DNA of 13,957 nucleotides from Deltaproteobacteria bacterium (GTDB lineage Bacteria; Myxococcota; Kuafuiibacteriia; Kuafuiibacteriales; Kuafuiibacteriaceae): NCBI GenBank assembly GCA_040218735.1, contig JAVJQW010000045.1, positions 1 to 13,957 of the forward strand, read 5' to 3'. Shown piece by piece: positions 11,068 to 13,957 of this stretch (position 1 is its first letter; each line of letters starts with the position of its first letter). The notes under the pieces were generated by a model. It saw only the letters and a program-made list of their open reading frames with translations, ran no database searches and was not told where the DNA came from. The position numbers and the translations under genes were made by a program.

Positions 11068-13863
11068 TCAGAGGCTCGTCTGGTAGACGAGCGCGACTTC
11101 GCATTCCGGCGCCAGCACCACGTCGACCTCGAGGTCGACTAGCGACTCGTGGCGCGCCGTTGCGACGACCGGCGCGCTCTCGATCTCGAACGCGCTGATG
11201 TACGCGCGCGAGACCCAGCGCGGGTAGTCGACGGGGTCGTTGTTCGTGATGAAGTCGACGCCCTGCCCGTTGTACGCCGACAGGCGGTACCGCGGCGCTT
11301 GCTGCGTCAGCGTGTAGCCCGCGGGAACCGTGACCGCTTCCGACCAGTCGAAGGCGACGCCACCGAAGCGCACTGCAAACCCTCCCGGCGGCCGGGTGAA
11401 AACGCCGTGCCGCCCCACCGGCGCCACCGCGAACTCGCCGTCGCCGTTCTGGGCGGCGAGCGCATTCGTCTCGTCACGAACGATGACCAACGGCGCCACC
11501 GGCGTCTCGTCGTTCACGGGGCCATCGTTCGCGCGCGTCCACCGGACGTCGACCGGAGGCTTCACGCCTGCCGCGCAGGCTCCGCTCCACGCGCCGGTGG
11601 CCGTCATCCGTCGGTACGCCGGCGCAGGACACACGTCGCCCAGCCCGCCGGGCACGAACTGCGGTCCGTAGTGAAGATCCTCCGACAGCTCCGTGATGCG
11701 ACCGGTGACGGCCGCATCGATCTGCACCCAGACCGAACCCATCGGCATCATCGAGATTCCACCGAGAGCGTCTAGTCCGTACCTCATCGACGCGCGAAGG
11801 AGATCGAACGCCGGCGCCCCAGGGGGCCGCTCGTACGCATCACGAAACGTGCGACCAGCGAGCGTGAACTGACTCAGCCCCGGCGACAGCGCGCAGGCAC
11901 CAATCCACACCGGCGGTGACAGCAGCTCCACGTTGAACTCCACCACGCGCGTGGTGACGTTGCCGGCCTCGTCAACGGCGCGCAGTTCGACGCGATGCAC
12001 GTCCGCCTCGCGCCCTTCGCCGAGGCGTGCCGACAGGGACTGATACGACAGCGCGAGCTCGTAGAGCGACTGCCCGGGGACAACGTTCACGGGCGTGACC
12101 TCGGTCCACGCCCGATGCTCGGTCCCGTTCACGAGGTAGCGATAGGCGGACACATGCGTTCCGGCGGCATCGTTCGCGACCCAGACGAGACGCGGGAGGT
12201 TCGCGGCGAAGTCGTCGAAGCGGGTGAGGTACTTCGCGATCGCGAGGGGCGCGCCGCTGTCGTCGAGCGTCACCTCCGTCCGGTCCGTCGTCCACTGGTA
12301 GCTCACCGACGCCCCGTCGGCCGCATAGACGACCTCGAGGTCGCTCTCCTGCCGGTACACCGTCGGCTGCACCGACAAGGTCGGCGGCACGTCGTCGCAG
12401 CGCACGTCCATGATGTCCGTGCCCGTGTTGCCGGCGGCGTCCGTGGCCAGGACGCGCACCGGAACGATCGCGCCACAAGGGATGTCGAGCTCGACGTCGA
12501 ACGTCCCCGTCTCAGGATCTTCGACGTCGACGCGGCCATCGCCGCCGCGAACCACGATGCTCTCGATCGGCCCGATGGCATCCGTCGAGGTCCCGACGAC
12601 ACGCACGGTGCCCGTCGCGACGACGCCGGCGGCGCTGAAGGTCGACACCGGCGGCGTGTTGTCTGCGACGAAGGACTTGTCGACGACGCTGGTGTTCCCG
12701 ATGGCGTCCGTCACCGTGAGTCGGATCGAAACGGGTCCGTCGCCGGGCAGCTCGGCCGAGTCGAACGGCCAGCGCTTGTAGTTGTCATCATCGACGATCA
12801 GCGCGCCGAACGCGAAGTCCGACACCTCGACCACCTCGACGGCGAACGCCTCGACGCCCGAGCGGTCCTCGGCCCGCGCCTCGACGTGCCACGAACCGCG
12901 CAACGGCACCGACGTGTCGAGCACGTCGCCGTCCCGCTCCGTCCGAAACTCGAAGTACGTCACCATCGGGCCTTCGTCATCCACCGGCGGCGCTTCTTCA
13001 TCCGGAAAGATCTCCGACCGGTTCGCGCCGATGGCGTCCGCGAGCGCCGCGAAGTCCTCGGCGACGAGGCCGGCCGTGTTCGCATCGCTGCGGAGCCAGC
13101 TCAAGATCGCCCGTCCGTAGTCCGTGCGCAGCGTGAAGCCGTCGAGCTGGACCGTCGAGGCGCGCACCGGCCCCTCGCCGCCCTGCCCGTCGAACACGCC
13201 GTCCGCGCGGATGTCCCGCGCGAGCGCGGACATCAGGACCCACGGCGTCAGCAGCGTCTCGTTGTTCGCGGCGGCGAGCTCGGCCGCGAGCGCATCGAAC
13301 CCCACGAGCAGGACGCCGACCACGACCGCGTCCGTCACGCGGCTCGGGTTCGTGGCGAGGAGGTCCTCGGGCGCGAGGCGCCCGTGGTCGAGCCGCCCGA
13401 AGTGCGCGTGAAGCAGCCGCCGCGCCTTCGCGAGCGCGGCATCACTCGACAGGCCCGCCTCGAGGAGCTGCTCGGCGTACGCCGTCACCAGGTGCGTGAC
13501 CGGCGTGACCTGCACGCTCGCCCTGCCCTGGCCCAGCGCGACGTCGTCGACGAGCGCCTCGACGAACGTCGTGTCGTCCACGCGGACGCGCACGAGGACC
13601 TCGCCGGCGAACGGGCCCACGTCGCACGACCACGAGCGGTCGCCCTCCGTCTCGGTCGTGCACAGCAGGTCGCCGCGGCGACCGCCCGTCCAGTCGTGCA
13701 CGTCCACCTGGCGTGGTTGATCGCCGAAGCCCGCGTACAGCCGCCCTGACAATGCGGTTTCGAGCACCGGCGGCGCCGGCGTAGGCTCGCCACAGCCGAG
13801 CGCGATACTCATCGTTGCCACGCTCAGCGCGACGACCTTTTCGATCCGACTCAACGATTCCAT
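11068..13863 (-). CDS. large secreted lipoprotein with bacterial Ig-like repeats (~931 aa)
   Basis: Start ATG 13863; hydrophobic signal ending IALG-C (lipobox-like). Repeated Ig-type motifs: [13 protein letters not shown]...DNTPP, TDAAGNT...[13 protein letters not shown]. Confidence 0.72.
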   Translation of the reverse strand: MESLSRIEKVVALSVATMSIALGCGEPTPAPPVLETALSGRLYAGFGDQPRQVDVHDWTGGRRGDLLCTTETEGDRSWSCDVGPFAGEVLVRVRVDDTTFVEALVDDVALGQGRASVQVTPVTHLVTAYAEQLLEAGLSSDAALAKARRLLHAHFGRLDHGRLAPEDLLATNPSRVTDAVVVGVLLVGFDALAAELAAANNETLLTPWVLMSALARDIRADGVFDGQGGEGPVRASTVQLDGFTLRTDYGRAILSWLRSDANTAGLVAEDFAALADAIGANRSEIFPDEEAPPVDDEGPMVTYFEFRTERDGDVLDTSVPLRGSWHVEARAEDRSGVEAFAVEVVEVSDFAFGALIVDDDNYKRWPFDSAELPGDGPVSIRLTVTDAIGNTSVVDKSFVADNTPPVSTFSAAGVVATGTVRVVGTSTDAIGPIESIVVRGGDGRVDVEDPETGTFDVELDIPCGAIVPVRVLATDAAGNTGTDIMDVRCDDVPPTLSVQPTVYRQESDLEVVYAADGASVSYQWTTDRTEVTLDDSGAPLAIAKYLTRFDDFAANLPRLVWVANDAAGTHVSAYRYLVNGTEHRAWTEVTPVNVVPGQSLYELALSYQSLSARLGEGREADVHRVELRAVDEAGNVTTRVVEFNVELLSPPVWIGACALSPGLSQFTLAGRTFRDAYERPPGAPAFDLLRASMRYGLDALGGISMMPMGSVWVQIDAAVTGRITELSEDLHYGPQFVPGGLGDVCPAPAYRRMTATGAWSGACAAGVKPPVDVRWTRANDGPVNDETPVAPLVIVRDETNALAAQNGDGEFAVAPVGRHGVFTRPPGGFAVRFGGVAFDWSEAVTVPAGYTLTQQAPRYRLSAYNGQGVDFITNNDPVDYPRWVSRAYISAFEIESAPVVATARHESLVDLEVDVVLAPECEVALVYQTSL

Positions 13864-13957
13864 CTGATTCCCCTTCACTGCTGCAGCACGTAGCGCTGCA
13901 TCGCCGCGCAGCTGTCGTCTCGACGCAGCGGCACGGCCAAGAACGACCACCCCAGCG

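Noticed and set aside
1371-13749. Many long plus-strand ORFs (e.g. 1988-3973, 7740-9014, 8678-10372, 11995-13749) and alternative-frame minus ORFs
   Set aside because: Shadow ORFs of well-supported minus-strand genes in high-GC DNA; no recognisable motifs.
13882-13900. Short inverted repeat TGCAGC...GCTGCA upstream of the lipoprotein gene
   Set aside because: A 6-bp GC-rich stem is expected by chance; no supporting context within the window.

Overview
GC-rich bacterial DNA (Myxococcota-like by gene content; inference) that looks like cargo of a mobile element. The left end has the C-terminus of an ArdC-type antirestriction protein, two small ORFs and a SprT-like metalloprotease. The right end has an ssb gene and a large Ig-repeat lipoprotein. 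Between them, on the minus strand, is a tightly coupled operon of a MoxR/vWA 'ternary' conflict system: Trypco1-like protein, trypsin-fused component, MoxR AAA+ ATPase, and a degenerate-vWA protein carrying TWO FGE-sulfatase (C-type-lectin-fold) domains. A complete diversity-generating retroelement (DGR) follows: HRDC accessory gene, reverse transcriptase, a 126-bp template repeat (TR, 2628-2753) and a further stand-alone FGE target gene. One TR matches three variable repeats (1602-1727, 4476-4601, 5529-5654). By hand alignment, 18/18, 18/21 and 14/14 mismatches fall at TR adenines. One VR is internal to the big protein. All VRs are followed by GGA-loop hairpins. The RNA just 3' of TR can fold back on IMH* and carries a 10-nt segment complementary to the targets' IMH.
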